64,000 nt of DNA from an uncultured bacterium (GCA_949283935.1 CASDUJ010000021.1:38396-102395), one strand, 5' to 3'. Counted from the stretch's first letter, positions 39,107 through 49,369 are shown. Program-made: numbers and translations. Notes: generated by a model from the letters alone, not told the origin.

Positions 39107-41569
39107 TTGCGTAGAATAATTGTTAGGAATTTAATATTTTTTGTTTTAGTTTTAACGATTTGCATTCCTGTTTGGGCAGTGAGTGAAAATGTTAATGTTC
39201 TAGACAATATTTCTTTTAAAAAAATTTCCGATAATACAATAGAAGTTCAATTGCAAACTAAGAAAAAACTACCTTCACCGCCTTTATTATTTGAGAAAGG
39301 TAGAAATGTTTATTTTATTTCTTTGCCTGCTACCTCATATGATGGAGAACGAAGAATAGATATTACTCATTTTAGTAAAGAACTTATGGGAGTTACAATT
39401 GATTTTGTTCCATACAAAACTGCTAAGGAAACAGGCTACACGAGAATCGTTATAGAAACTTCGGATAATACAAAATTGAAGTTAAACAATGTAGTTTCTA
39501 TAGGGGGAGCAGCTTTACTGATATTGGTTTTGAAACTTTTAGGAGTTATTTTTGCTATTGGATGTTTTGGGGTTGTAGCGTATGTTCTGTACAGAAAATT
39601 TTTAGAGCGAAAAAATTTAAAAAATATATTGGATTTTGATGATGTATATATTGAAAATGCTGATGATAGTGTTAATTCCAGTGATGAAAATGAAGTTTTG
39701 TCTTATATTGATGATATTTCAAATGAAGATATCATTGACCATGTTAAAGATATTTCTGATCAAACTACTGAATTAAAATCTGCGGAAATAATTGATGAAG
39801 ATATGTCACATGATAAATTCGACAATCAAGATGAAATTGCTAATCTTGTGCAAGATGAAAATGATTCAAAAGAAGAAAACAAAGCTGATAATGTAATAAA
39901 TTTTGCTGATGAAAATCTTAATAATAGTTTATCTGAATTAACAAATGAAACTGCCGAAAGTTCTCTTGTTGAGGACAAGTTTGATAATAATGATATCAAT
40001 TCTTCAAGTGTACCTTTTAGTGAATTTAATGAAGAGACTTTCGAAACTCAAGGTACATCTTCAGTTGATAATATTTCTTCACAAGTAGCTCCGGATGGAA
40101 TCTCTGATTTAAGAAATATGTCATTCTATGAAGACAAATCAGAAATTGAATCAAATTTTTATCCTTCTCCTGATGAGATTGTTAGTGATATTTTGAATAA
40201 TGATGAAGCAATTACTGAATTATCCGATACAATAATGAATACAAATTCTATAGATGGAATTGTTAATACGAACGAAGAGTCAATTGCTGGAGAAAATTTT
40301 GATGAATCAAATAGTCTACCATGCAAATATAGTGATGATATAGAAACTGCTGAAATTGATAAGATAGATAATATCCCAAATAATGTGCAAGAAAAAGATT
40401 TTAAATCTGTTGATATACCAAAAAATTCTGCCGGAGCAGTTTTTACTCCAAAAACTTTAGATTTGACTCCAAAAATGCAAAATGTGCAAGAAAGTGCTGC
40501 AGATAATTTGCAAAGTACGGAACAAATTGAAAAAAATGATGATTTGTCTGAGCAATTTATTTTTACTGAAAGAGATGATTCAGAAAATCCAAATTCATAC
40601 GAAGATATGACAGAGGATGAATTAGTGGAATTATTTCCCGAAGAAACGAATGTTCAGCCGATTGAATATTCTCCTTACAATATAGATGGACTTGATGCAG
40701 TGATAGCTGATGTTCCTACAGCAGATGAGGTTGCTGATAATTTTCATTTAAATTCAGATGGCAATGATGAAGTTATCACTGATGCTATTTCGCAGAATGT
40801 TGTTTTTGAAAATACGGATGAAGGTGATTTACATTCTGATAATATTGTTGATATTTACGCAACAGAAAATGATATTAACGAAATCGTAAAATCACTTGAA
40901 GACGACCATTCAGATTTGCAAGCAAATAATAATACTTCTGGCACCCCTGAGGATTTATCTGCAGATATTGAACATACAGATACTGATATGGAAACTTCTG
41001 CCACATCTCAATCTATGAATGAAGATGAGCAAAATAATATAGTTAATTCTGCGCTTGATGCACCAGAGCAAGAATTATTTGAGGCTGAATCTCCTTATAA
41101 ACAAGACTTAAAATCTGAAGTTTCTTTTAATACTGATAACTTTTTCTCTAACAGTAGTGATGGAAGTTTTGATGATACTGAAAAATTTTATAAAAATGAA
41201 GAAGATGAAATTGAATTAGAGGAATTGACTTTTAATGATTTCTTTAAAGAGCCTGATAAAGAAGAAAAGCCCGAACATACTGTTGTAAATGAAGATACTG
41301 AGCCTATTGTAATTTCCCAAGAAGAAGTGTCTGAAGGAAAATATTTGTACCTCATAAAACATCAAGGTGCATTTTCACTAATAGGTTTAATAGGGGAAGA
41401 TGTTTTTGTGCTTAATAAATTTGAAACTCCACCTGTAAAAGAAAATATAGTGGTAAAACTAAATGAAACAAGAGATGGGCAAGAAATATATATTGTAAAA
41501 GTTGGAGCTTGGAGAGCTTTGATAAGTATAGATGAAAATTTGATGGAAAATATTTTGACGCTTTCATGA
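39107..41569 (+). CDS. Large bitopic protein: signal/AMIN-like periplasmic domain, TM helix, ~550-aa highly acidic low-complexity region, and a small C-terminal domain
   Basis: 820 aa with an apparent TTG start. The N-terminal region (VLDNISFKKISDNTIEVQLQT...VYFISLP...YTRIVIET) resembles AMIN domains. The TM helix is ALLILVLKLLGVIFAIGCFGVVAYVLY, followed by a D/E/N/S-rich tail. Confidence 0.6.
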   Translation: MRRIIVRNLIFFVLVLTICIPVWAVSENVNVLDNISFKKISDNTIEVQLQTKKKLPSPPLLFEKGRNVYFISLPATSYDGERRIDITHFSKELMGVTIDFVPYKTAKETGYTRIVIETSDNTKLKLNNVVSIGGAALLILVLKLLGVIFAIGCFGVVAYVLYRKFLERKNLKNILDFDDVYIENADDSVNSSDENEVLSYIDDISNEDIIDHVKDISDQTTELKSAEIIDEDMSHDKFDNQDEIANLVQDENDSKEENKADNVINFADENLNNSLSELTNETAESSLVEDKFDNNDINSSSVPFSEFNEETFETQGTSSVDNISSQVAPDGISDLRNMSFYEDKSEIESNFYPSPDEIVSDILNNDEAITELSDTIMNTNSIDGIVNTNEESIAGENFDESNSLPCKYSDDIETAEIDKIDNIPNNVQEKDFKSVDIPKNSAGAVFTPKTLDLTPKMQNVQESAADNLQSTEQIEKNDDLSEQFIFTERDDSENPNSYEDMTEDELVELFPEETNVQPIEYSPYNIDGLDAVIADVPTADEVADNFHLNSDGNDEVITDAISQNVVFENTDEGDLHSDNIVDIYATENDINEIVKSLEDDHSDLQANNNTSGTPEDLSADIEHTDTDMETSATSQSMNEDEQNNIVNSALDAPEQELFEAESPYKQDLKSEVSFNTDNFFSNSSDGSFDDTEKFYKNEEDEIELEELTFNDFFKEPDKEEKPEHTVVNEDTEPIVISQEEVSEGKYLYLIKHQGAFSLIGLIGEDVFVLNKFETPPVKENIVVKLNETRDGQEIYIVKVGAWRALISIDENLMENILTLS

Positions 41570-42819
41570 GAAAAATTTTGTTTTTATTTTCTATAATTTT
41601 TCTTTTCTTTTTTAGTGCTTGTGATACACAAAAAGATACTAAGCGACATTTAAGTTTTTCAACTTGGGGCTCGCAATCAGAGATAAAAACAATAAAATTT
41701 TTAATAGAAAAATTTGAGGAAAAAAATCCTGATATTAAAATTAATTTAATACACATTCCTGATAATTATTTTCAAAAATTACATTTATTAATAGCTTCTA
41801 ATTTGTCTCCTGATGTTATTTTTATTAATAACATAAATTCCAGAATATATGTTAAGGCAGGGAAATTAGAGAATTTAAATAGTTACATAAAAAAAAGTAG
41901 AAAAATTTTCTACGATGATTTTTTTACTAATTCTGTTTTTGCTTTGAGTTACAATGATTTTTCTTATGCTATACCAAGAGATATTTCAAATCTTGTAATT
42001 TACTATAATAAGGATTTATTTGATAAATACTCAATTTCTTATCCACAAAAAAACTGGAGTTTAAATGATTTTTTGGTTATAGCTCAAAAGTTAACTCATG
42101 ATACAAACAATGATGGGAAAATTGATATTTTCGGTTTTGGTTATGAAGAAGATTCTCTTTTTTGGCTACCTTTTTTATGGAGTAATGGTGGAGGAATTAT
42201 TTCCTCTGATAGCGGAGAAATTATATTAAATAAAAAAAATTCTAAAGATGCTTTACAATTTTATATTGATCTAAGAAATAAATATCATGTTTCTCCTAAA
42301 GCAGATGAACAGTCTTCTTTGACGACTTCACAACTTTTTATGCAGCAAAAAGTTGCTATGCATTTATGTGGCAGGTGGTGTTCTTTAACTTATAAGAAAA
42401 ATGCCAATTTTAACTGGGATGTTGTAAATTTTCCAAAAGGGAAAAATGGTTCAGTTGTTGATTTAGATGTTTCGGGGTGGGCAATTTCTTCATCTTCAAA
42501 AAACAAAAATGATGCTTGGCGTTTTATTGAATTTATGGCATCAGAAGAAGCTATGTATATGATGACTCAAAATGGTTTAATTTTACCTGCAAGAAAATCT
42601 GTTGCGGCTTCAAATGTTTTTTTGGAATCTCCTCCAAGTAATGCAAAAGCTTTTTTGTATGCCATTGATAATGCTGTTTCTACACCAGTATGCGTAAAAT
42701 ACCAAGAAATTTTGGATATTTTAGATGTAAATTTTGAAAGTTTGTTTAATGGAAAATCTTCTGTTGATGATATTATTAATATAAAGTTAATTGAAAAATT
42801 AAGTAGTTTAACTGATTAG
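41566..42819 (+). CDS. ABC transporter extracellular solute-binding lipoprotein (sugar type, family 1)
   Basis: Lipobox FFFSAC, then KINLIHIPDNYFQKL, WLPFLWSNGG and GRW, typical of the SBP_bac_1 family. It overlaps the previous gene as ATGA. Confidence 0.75.
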   Translation: MRKILFLFSIIFLFFFSACDTQKDTKRHLSFSTWGSQSEIKTIKFLIEKFEEKNPDIKINLIHIPDNYFQKLHLLIASNLSPDVIFINNINSRIYVKAGKLENLNSYIKKSRKIFYDDFFTNSVFALSYNDFSYAIPRDISNLVIYYNKDLFDKYSISYPQKNWSLNDFLVIAQKLTHDTNNDGKIDIFGFGYEEDSLFWLPFLWSNGGGIISSDSGEIILNKKNSKDALQFYIDLRNKYHVSPKADEQSSLTTSQLFMQQKVAMHLCGRWCSLTYKKNANFNWDVVNFPKGKNGSVVDLDVSGWAISSSSKNKNDAWRFIEFMASEEAMYMMTQNGLILPARKSVAASNVFLESPPSNAKAFLYAIDNAVSTPVCVKYQEILDILDVNFESLFNGKSSVDDIINIKLIEKLSSLTD

Positions 42820-43707
42820 ATGAGGTCACAAGTGAGATTAATTGAAATTTATTCAAATGCAACAAAGCCAGTAATATCTTTTGAGGTATTTCCTCCAAAG
42901 GGTGAGGGTATTGAATATCAACAACGCGTAGAAAATTTATTGCTTGAGCTTACTAAATTAAAAAAATATAAACCATCTTTGATTTCAGTTACATATGGAG
43001 CAGGAGGTTCTACTAGAGAAAAAACTTTTGATTTGGTATTAAAAATAAAAAATGAATTAGAAATAGAAACAATGCCTCATTTTACTTGTGTAAATTTTGA
43101 TAAAGTTCAAATTTTAGATTATGTCCAAAAACTTGAAAGTAAAGGTATAAAGAATATTTTAGCGCTTAGAGGTGATCCTCCAAAAGGGACAGAAATTTTT
43201 GTTGCTCCAGAAAATGGCTTTTCTCATGCTAATGAATTGGTGGAATTTATAAGATCTAATACAGATTTGTCTGTGGCTGTTGCTGGTTACCCTGAAAAAC
43301 ATCCTGAAGCTGTTAGTTTTCAAATTGATTTGTTTAACTTAAAACGTAAAATTACGCAAGGTGCAGATGTGGTTTTTACTCAATTGTTTTTTGACAACAA
43401 TGATTTTTTTAAATTTTATGAAAATTTATTGAATTTGAACGTTAATGTTCCAATAATTCCCGGAATAATGGTTGTTCAAAGTATATCTCAAATCGACAAA
43501 ATAATTTCTTTATCCGGTTCAAAAATTCCTAAAGATTATTTGGAATTACTGTACAAATATAAAGAAGATTCAGAGTATATAAAACAATTGGGAATTGAAT
43601 ATGCTGCTAAACAAGTTAAACAATTAATTGAATATGGAGTCAAAGGGCTTCATTTTTATCCGCTAAACAAAGCTTATGCAGTTTCTTCTGTTCTTGAAAT
43701 GATTTAA
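42820..43707 (+). CDS. metF: 5,10-methylenetetrahydrofolate reductase
   Basis: SFEVFPPK, ISVTYGAGGSTRE, HFTC, ILALRGDPP, AGYPEKHPEA, TQLFFD. Confidence 0.9.
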   Translation: MRSQVRLIEIYSNATKPVISFEVFPPKGEGIEYQQRVENLLLELTKLKKYKPSLISVTYGAGGSTREKTFDLVLKIKNELEIETMPHFTCVNFDKVQILDYVQKLESKGIKNILALRGDPPKGTEIFVAPENGFSHANELVEFIRSNTDLSVAVAGYPEKHPEAVSFQIDLFNLKRKITQGADVVFTQLFFDNNDFFKFYENLLNLNVNVPIIPGIMVVQSISQIDKIISLSGSKIPKDYLELLYKYKEDSEYIKQLGIEYAAKQVKQLIEYGVKGLHFYPLNKAYAVSSVLEMI

Positions 43708-43760
43708 ATACTACTTGAGTAACAGTTATGTTTAAGTAATAATCATATCAAGGAGTTTTT

Positions 43761-44519
43761 ATGGACAAAGAACGTATAAATAAATTTGTAGCTTCTTGCT
43801 CTGATATTTCTCGTAGAGAAGCCGATAATATTATTTTAGCAGGAAAAATTAAAGTAAATGGCAAGCAAATATTACAACCTGGACTTTGTGTTTTTCCAAA
43901 TGATAAAGTAGAACTTGATGGAAAAATTTTAAAAAAGCAAAAACTTGAATATTATTTATTTCATAAACCCGCTGGGTATATTACTTCAAAATCTGATGAA
44001 AAATCAAGAAAAACAATTTACGACATTTTGCCTGAAAATTTTAGAAAACTTAATCCGGCTGGCCGTTTGGATAAAGCTTCTTCCGGTTTAATTATCTTAA
44101 CAAATGATGGGGAATTGTTGCAAAAATTGACACATCCCAAAATACAAGTGTCAAAAGTTTATAAAGTTACAGTAAAAGGAAAATTGTCAGAAAGTGATTT
44201 TTTTAAACTTTCTAATGGAATTGAAATTGAACCCCAAAAGGTTGCTTATGCTGATGTTAGTTTGTTGAATTTTGAAAATGGATTGAGTACTTTGCAAATA
44301 ACTTTATATCAAGGTTATAATAGACAAATAAGAAAAATGATGGCTGCAATTTCTAAAGAAGTAATTGCATTAAAACGTATTTCGCATGGAACGTTGAGTA
44401 TTTCTGGACTTGAAAAAGGAAAGTATCGTCTAATAAAAAAATCAGAACTAAAAAATTTATTTGTTTATCTAAATAAAAAATTACATTTACTTGCTAAAAA
44501 AGAAATTGAGAAAAAATAA
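43761..44519 (+). CDS. Pseudouridine synthase, RsuA/RluB family with an S4 domain
   Basis: N-terminal S4 region (SRREADNIILAGKIKVNGK) and the catalytic motif GRLDKASSGLIILTNDGEL. Confidence 0.85.
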   Translation: MDKERINKFVASCSDISRREADNIILAGKIKVNGKQILQPGLCVFPNDKVELDGKILKKQKLEYYLFHKPAGYITSKSDEKSRKTIYDILPENFRKLNPAGRLDKASSGLIILTNDGELLQKLTHPKIQVSKVYKVTVKGKLSESDFFKLSNGIEIEPQKVAYADVSLLNFENGLSTLQITLYQGYNRQIRKMMAAISKEVIALKRISHGTLSISGLEKGKYRLIKKSELKNLFVYLNKKLHLLAKKEIEKK

Positions 44520-45619
44520 TGCTTAAAATTTGCTTTATACAAGATGAATTGAAAGATGATAATTTTAAAACTGCTGGAGAAAAAGTCAATTTTCAAATAC
44601 TAAAAGCTTTGTGTGAATCTGGATTTTTTGTTGATGTTTTTTGTAAAATAAATAATTTAAAAAAAAATTACAATATACATAATATTACTGAATTAGCTGA
44701 AAAAAATTTTTCACAAAATATTTTGAAAATTGTAAGTGGACTGAACTATAACTTGACTTTTGCAACTGATTATATTCCGGCAGATGTCGTTTATTTGCAT
44801 AAGCATACTCGTGCTTATAAAGAAGTTATTGTAAAATCTAAAATCGAAGCACTTGTCTCTGCTGTATTTTTAAACAAACAATATCAAAAATCTCTTAAAG
44901 AAAATCAAAAACAGATAATTTGTACGCAAAAATACAAAATTATTTTAACTCCTTCTACTATACTAAAAAATGATTTGATTAATATGCTCCAAGTTGATGG
45001 TCAAAAAATTTATATTTTACCACCTCCAATTGATATGCCAGAGCATGTTAAAATTCGTGATAATACTAATTTTACTTTTGGTTTTGTGGGGAATGATTTC
45101 TCTGATAAGGGTGGGTATGTTTTGTTAAAAGCCTTAGGTTGTTTGTCTGATTTTAACTTTAACTTAAAAATGATTTTTCCATACAACAAAATTCCTTTTT
45201 GGCTAAAAGTTTATATTAAAATTTTTAATTTAAAAGATAAAATAGAGTTTTTGCCTTGGCAAAATGATATGACTGATTTTTATGATAATATAGATTGTCT
45301 TTTGATGCCTTCTAAAAAGGAAACTTTTGGAATGATTGCTTTGGAGGCAATGAGTAGAGGCAAAATTGTTGTTTTAAGTTCTAGATGTGGAGCAAAAGAT
45401 ATTATTGAGCCTGATGGCAATGGTTTTATCTTTGATGTGACTAAAAATCCTGTTAGAAATTTAATAAGAACTCTTAAATATATTCTTGTAAATAAAAATG
45501 ATTTTGAAAATTTAAGGCAGAAAGCTGTTTTTACTGCCTCTGTTTATAATTATGAAAAGTTTAAAAATGAACTTTCTAGAATAATTAATAAATTTGCTGA
45601 AACATTCAAGGAAGATTAA
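44519..45619 (+). CDS. Glycosyltransferase family 1
   Basis: C-terminal GT-B motif LLMPSKKETFGMIALEAMSRGKIVV...G..DII..G.NGF. Confidence 0.8.
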   Translation: MLKICFIQDELKDDNFKTAGEKVNFQILKALCESGFFVDVFCKINNLKKNYNIHNITELAEKNFSQNILKIVSGLNYNLTFATDYIPADVVYLHKHTRAYKEVIVKSKIEALVSAVFLNKQYQKSLKENQKQIICTQKYKIILTPSTILKNDLINMLQVDGQKIYILPPPIDMPEHVKIRDNTNFTFGFVGNDFSDKGGYVLLKALGCLSDFNFNLKMIFPYNKIPFWLKVYIKIFNLKDKIEFLPWQNDMTDFYDNIDCLLMPSKKETFGMIALEAMSRGKIVVLSSRCGAKDIIEPDGNGFIFDVTKNPVRNLIRTLKYILVNKNDFENLRQKAVFTASVYNYEKFKNELSRIINKFAETFKED

Positions 45620-45622
45620 ATT

Positions 45623-45799
45623 ATGTATTTTATAGAAAAAATATTAAAATTTTTTTGTAAGAAACATAATAGAAAAAATATTTATACTCCTATTGATATA
45701 GAAAATTGTGAACATATTTTTTTACCCATAGATAGTTCCGGAGAGTATTTAGCTTGTAGCAAATGTGGCAAAATAATAAAAAAACAAACTAAATCTTGA
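45623..45799 (+). CDS. Unannotated 58-aa zinc-ribbon-like ORF
   Basis: MYFIEKILKFFCKKHNRKNIYTPIDIENCEHIFLPIDSSGEYLACSKCGKIIKKQTKS. AAGGAAG lies upstream. It is below the track cutoff and overlaps the 3' end of the convergent KS gene by 11 nt. Confidence 0.4.
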   Translation: MYFIEKILKFFCKKHNRKNIYTPIDIENCEHIFLPIDSSGEYLACSKCGKIIKKQTKS

Positions 45800-47009
45800 A
45801 TATTAATGAAGTGTTAATTCCTCCAAATGCAAAGTTGTTAGACATAATTGTGTTTGTTTTTATTTCTCTACCTTCTCCTTTTATGTAATCTAATTTTGCA
45901 CAATTTTCATCAATATTTATTAAATTTATTGTTGGGGCGAACCATTTTCTTTTGCACATTTCTATTGAAAGTATTGCTTCTATTGCTCCACAAGCTCCTA
46001 GTGTATGACCTGTGTAACTTTTTGTTGAACTTATTGGAATATTTCTTTTGAAGATTTCATATGTTGCAATAGTTTCTGCTATATCTCCTGTTTGCGTTGC
46101 TGTTCCATGTGCATTAATGTAACCAATCTCTTCTGCTGAAATGTTTGCATCTTTTAAAGCAAGTTCCATGGCTTTTCCCATTGTTTTGTGATTAGGATTT
46201 GTTATGTGTGTCCCATCTGTGTTTGTTCCAAATCCTATAATCTCTGCGTAAATTTTTGCGCTTCTTTTTTTCGCGTGTTCATATTCTTCTAATATAACTG
46301 TTCCTGCTCCTTCTCCTATGACTAAACCATCTCGATTTTTATCAAATGGTGAAGGAGTAAGCTCGGGAGTATTATTTTTTAAACTTGTTGCGTATAAAGT
46401 GTCAAATATTCCTATTTGAGTTGGGTCTAATTCTTCTCCCCCACCTGCTATCATAATTGTTTGTAAGCCGTTTTTTATTGCTTCATATGCTAAGCCTATT
46501 CCTAATGATCCTGATGTGCAAGCAGTTGATGAAGTGTATAGCCTTCCTGTTGTCTTAAAATACAAAGATAAATTTACTGCTGTTGTTTGAGGCATCATTT
46601 TTATGTATGAACCTGAGTTTATTGCTTTTACCTCGTGCATAACTTTCATTGAGTAAAAATCCATTAAGGCATCAAGAGACCCTGCCGAAGAACCATAGCT
46701 AATTCCTGTGCTACCATTTTCTATAATTTCATCGTTTAATAGTCCTGAATCTTCTAATGCTTTAATTGCTGTGCTAACTGCATAAATTGATACCGGTCCC
46801 ATTGTACGTGTTATTTTTCTATTGAAATTTTCAGGCATTTTGAAACCTTGAACTTTTGCGGCTAATCTGGTGTTTAATTTCGCATATTTGTCTAACTCTT
46901 CCCAGTAATTTATGCAGTTTTTATATTTTAATAAATTTGCAAAACAATCGTTTAAATTTGAACCAAGAGGTGAGGTTAGGGCCATTCCTGTTATAACTAC
47001 TCTTTTCAC
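45789..47009 (-). CDS. Beta-ketoacyl-ACP synthase (FabF/FabB-like, ApeO/ApeR-like)
   Basis: 406 aa with active-site Cys STACTSG and His residues in NAHGTAT and YTGHTLGA. Confidence 0.85.
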   Translation of the reverse strand: MKRVVITGMALTSPLGSNLNDCFANLLKYKNCINYWEELDKYAKLNTRLAAKVQGFKMPENFNRKITRTMGPVSIYAVSTAIKALEDSGLLNDEIIENGSTGISYGSSAGSLDALMDFYSMKVMHEVKAINSGSYIKMMPQTTAVNLSLYFKTTGRLYTSSTACTSGSLGIGLAYEAIKNGLQTIMIAGGGEELDPTQIGIFDTLYATSLKNNTPELTPSPFDKNRDGLVIGEGAGTVILEEYEHAKKRSAKIYAEIIGFGTNTDGTHITNPNHKTMGKAMELALKDANISAEEIGYINAHGTATQTGDIAETIATYEIFKRNIPISSTKSYTGHTLGACGAIEAILSIEMCKRKWFAPTINLINIDENCAKLDYIKGEGREIKTNTIMSNNFAFGGINTSLIFKI

Positions 47010-47740
47010 AAATACAATCCTCCGTTTACTGAAATAACTTGACCTGTTATATATGAGGCTTCTTCAGATAGTAGATAATTTATTAAACTTGCAATTTCTT
47101 CAGGTTTACCTATTCTTTTCATTGGAATTATTTTCTTTAAATCTTCTGTTGGAATATTTTTTGTCATATCTGTTTCAATTATTCCTGGGGCTACGCAATT
47201 TACTGTAATACCTCTTTTGGCTAGTTCTAAGGCTAGTGATTTTGTTGCACCTATAATGCCTGCTTTCGCTGCTGAATAATTTACTTGTCCTTTGTTTCCG
47301 GAAAGTGCCGCAATTGACGAAAGTGTTATTATTCGACCTTTTATCCTATTGCTTATCATTGGCATAATTATTGGTTTTAGTACGTTGTATAATCCTCCAA
47401 GATTTGTTTGAATAACATCATCCCATTCTTTATCTTCCATTGTTGGAAAAATATTGTCCTTTGCTATACCTGCATTTAATACTATTCCATAATATATCCC
47501 ATTGTTGTCTATGTCATTACTTATTACTTTTTGGCATTCTTCTCGATTTTTTATGTCAAACTGTAAAATCTTTGATTTTGACGAGAATACTTTTACTTCT
47601 GCGAGAGTTTCTATAGCTTGATTTTTCCCAGAATTGTAATTGATTATGATTTCATATCCATTTTGAGCTAATTTTATCGCAGTAGCTTTCCCTATTCCTC
47701 TGCTTGCACCTGTTATCAATATTCTTTTGGTTTTTTCCAT
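47006..47740 (-). CDS. 3-oxoacyl-ACP reductase (SDR, FabG/ApeQ-like)
   Basis: TGASRGIGKA, NAG, YSAAKAG, and P.RIGKPEEIA. Confidence 0.88.
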   Translation of the reverse strand: MEKTKRILITGASRGIGKATAIKLAQNGYEIIINYNSGKNQAIETLAEVKVFSSKSKILQFDIKNREECQKVISNDIDNNGIYYGIVLNAGIAKDNIFPTMEDKEWDDVIQTNLGGLYNVLKPIIMPMISNRIKGRIITLSSIAALSGNKGQVNYSAAKAGIIGATKSLALELAKRGITVNCVAPGIIETDMTKNIPTEDLKKIIPMKRIGKPEEIASLINYLLSEEASYITGQVISVNGGLYL

Positions 47741-48192
47741 TATTTTACTCCATCTATGAATTCTTTGCTATTTTGGGGCATAAATGCATTTAAAATTGCT
47801 TTTGCACATTCGGTGTCGTTATTGTAGATAAAACATTCATAAGAAACAAGTTCTCCATCATTAAATACTTCTTTTGCTTTTATTTTATATGTTTTATTAA
47901 TTTCAAAAAGATCTAAATTATTCTCAAATAATCTTGTTCCCAAAAGTAAGCCTAATTCAGTTCTTTTACAACCATTTTTAAAATATGCGTGACAGCCAAT
48001 AGTTTGTGCCATATATTCTATGCCTATTATTGGCGATATTCCCCTTTTTTCTTTATTGTAGAAAATGCTGTTTTCTTTGATTTTAACACTAGTAATTACA
48101 TATTTTTCTTCTTGATTAATTTCTACTATATTATCAATCAAAACCATTGGAGCATCGTGCGGAAGCATTTTTTCAATGTTGTATTTGTTCAT
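47740..48192 (-). CDS. Hotdog-fold 3-hydroxyacyl-ACP dehydratase (ApeP-like)
   Basis: 150 aa with the LPHDAPMVLIDNIV motif (compare FabZ LPHRYPFLLVD) and IEYMAQTIG. Confidence 0.7.
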   Translation of the reverse strand: MNKYNIEKMLPHDAPMVLIDNIVEINQEEKYVITSVKIKENSIFYNKEKRGISPIIGIEYMAQTIGCHAYFKNGCKRTELGLLLGTRLFENNLDLFEINKTYKIKAKEVFNDGELVSYECFIYNNDTECAKAILNAFMPQNSKEFIDGVK

Positions 48193-49330
48193 TTTTTCTC
48201 CTTAAAATCATTACTGCATTAGCTCCTCCAAATCCAAAAGCATTTGATAGTATTGTATCAAGTTTTTCTAATTTTGTGTTTTGTTCTGCAAGTTTTATTT
48301 TAGCTATTTGTTTATCATATTCGTTATCATATATGTGTGGGTATATTAATTTATTTCCGTTGATTTTATTTAATAAAATACAACATAAGGCAGTTTCAAT
48401 ACTTGCGGCTGCTCCAAGACAGTGACCTGTTAGAGGTTTGGTTGAACTACAAAAAATATTTTCTCCAAAAATTTTGTTAATTGCATTTGCTTCCATTATG
48501 TCGTTACTTATTGTACCTGTTCCGTGAAGATTTATGTAGTCAATTTCGCTTGAGGATATAGATGCTTCTTGTAAAGCTAATTTTATTGCTTTCATAGCTT
48601 CTGTTCCGGTAGGTTCTGGCGTGGAATAATGATATGCATCAGATGTCTCCCCTATCCCTGCTATTTCTATTGATTCAGAGTTGAAAGATTCTTTTTCCAA
48701 AATAAATAATGCTGCTCCTTCCCCTATATTTATTCCGTTTCTGTTTTTGCTAAATGGAATTGAAATCTGTTTGGATAAAAGTTCAAGCGAATTAAAACCG
48801 TGTATTGCTAAATTTGATAAACTATCTGAGCCCCCTGCTATAACACAATCACATATATTATTTTCCAGTAATCTTTTAGCCATGGAAAATGCTTTAATTC
48901 CTGAAGCACAAGCTACAGAAACACTTGCCCGAAATCCTGTAAGCCCTAAGTGTTTTTTTATAAATTCAGAGGGATTTCCTATTTCTAAATAAGACTTAAT
49001 GTTTGTTTGGGCAAATTCTTCTATTCCAGAATTTGTGGTCGCTATTATTATCCCTATCTTGTTAGGGAGATATTTTTCTGTAATCCTTTTAATGTTTATC
49101 TCTTGTAAACATTTTAGTAAAAGTTTATTGCATCTTATGTTAAAATTTTCGTCGCTAATTTTAGGTAAATCTATATTTATTTTACCTAAGGGAAATATTG
49201 CACCTTTAACAAAATCTTCACTAAAAGTAAAATGCGAAGAGTCTCCTCTTATTGCATTTTCATATATTTCTTGCTTGTTTGCTCCTAAATTGCATGTAAC
49301 CGCAAAATCGGTAATGAAAATCTTCTTCAT
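48173..49330 (-). CDS. Beta-ketoacyl-ACP synthase (second KS, ApeO/ApeR-like)
   Basis: 385 aa with active-site Cys VSVACASG and His residues in NLHGTGT and LTGHCLGAA. Confidence 0.85.
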   Translation of the reverse strand: MKKIFITDFAVTCNLGANKQEIYENAIRGDSSHFTFSEDFVKGAIFPLGKINIDLPKISDENFNIRCNKLLLKCLQEINIKRITEKYLPNKIGIIIATTNSGIEEFAQTNIKSYLEIGNPSEFIKKHLGLTGFRASVSVACASGIKAFSMAKRLLENNICDCVIAGGSDSLSNLAIHGFNSLELLSKQISIPFSKNRNGINIGEGAALFILEKESFNSESIEIAGIGETSDAYHYSTPEPTGTEAMKAIKLALQEASISSSEIDYINLHGTGTISNDIMEANAINKIFGENIFCSSTKPLTGHCLGAAASIETALCCILLNKINGNKLIYPHIYDNEYDKQIAKIKLAEQNTKLEKLDTILSNAFGFGGANAVMILRRKNEQIQH

Positions 49331-49369
49331 ATTTTTGTAATTTTGATAACAATATAATAAAATTTTACC

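Noticed and set aside
48147-49340. Three 90-113-aa plus-strand ORFs (48147..48425, 48681..48992, 48999..49340) lie inside the KS gene. Similar antisense ORFs occur in nifJ (53746..54024, 54355..54705), the HEAT gene (17163..17516), fumarase (20004..20315) and ppdK (36471..37155).
   Set aside because: All lie fully within, and antisense to, genes with strong family motifs. They lack RBSs and have odd compositions. They are typical shadow ORFs on the complement of codon-biased genes.
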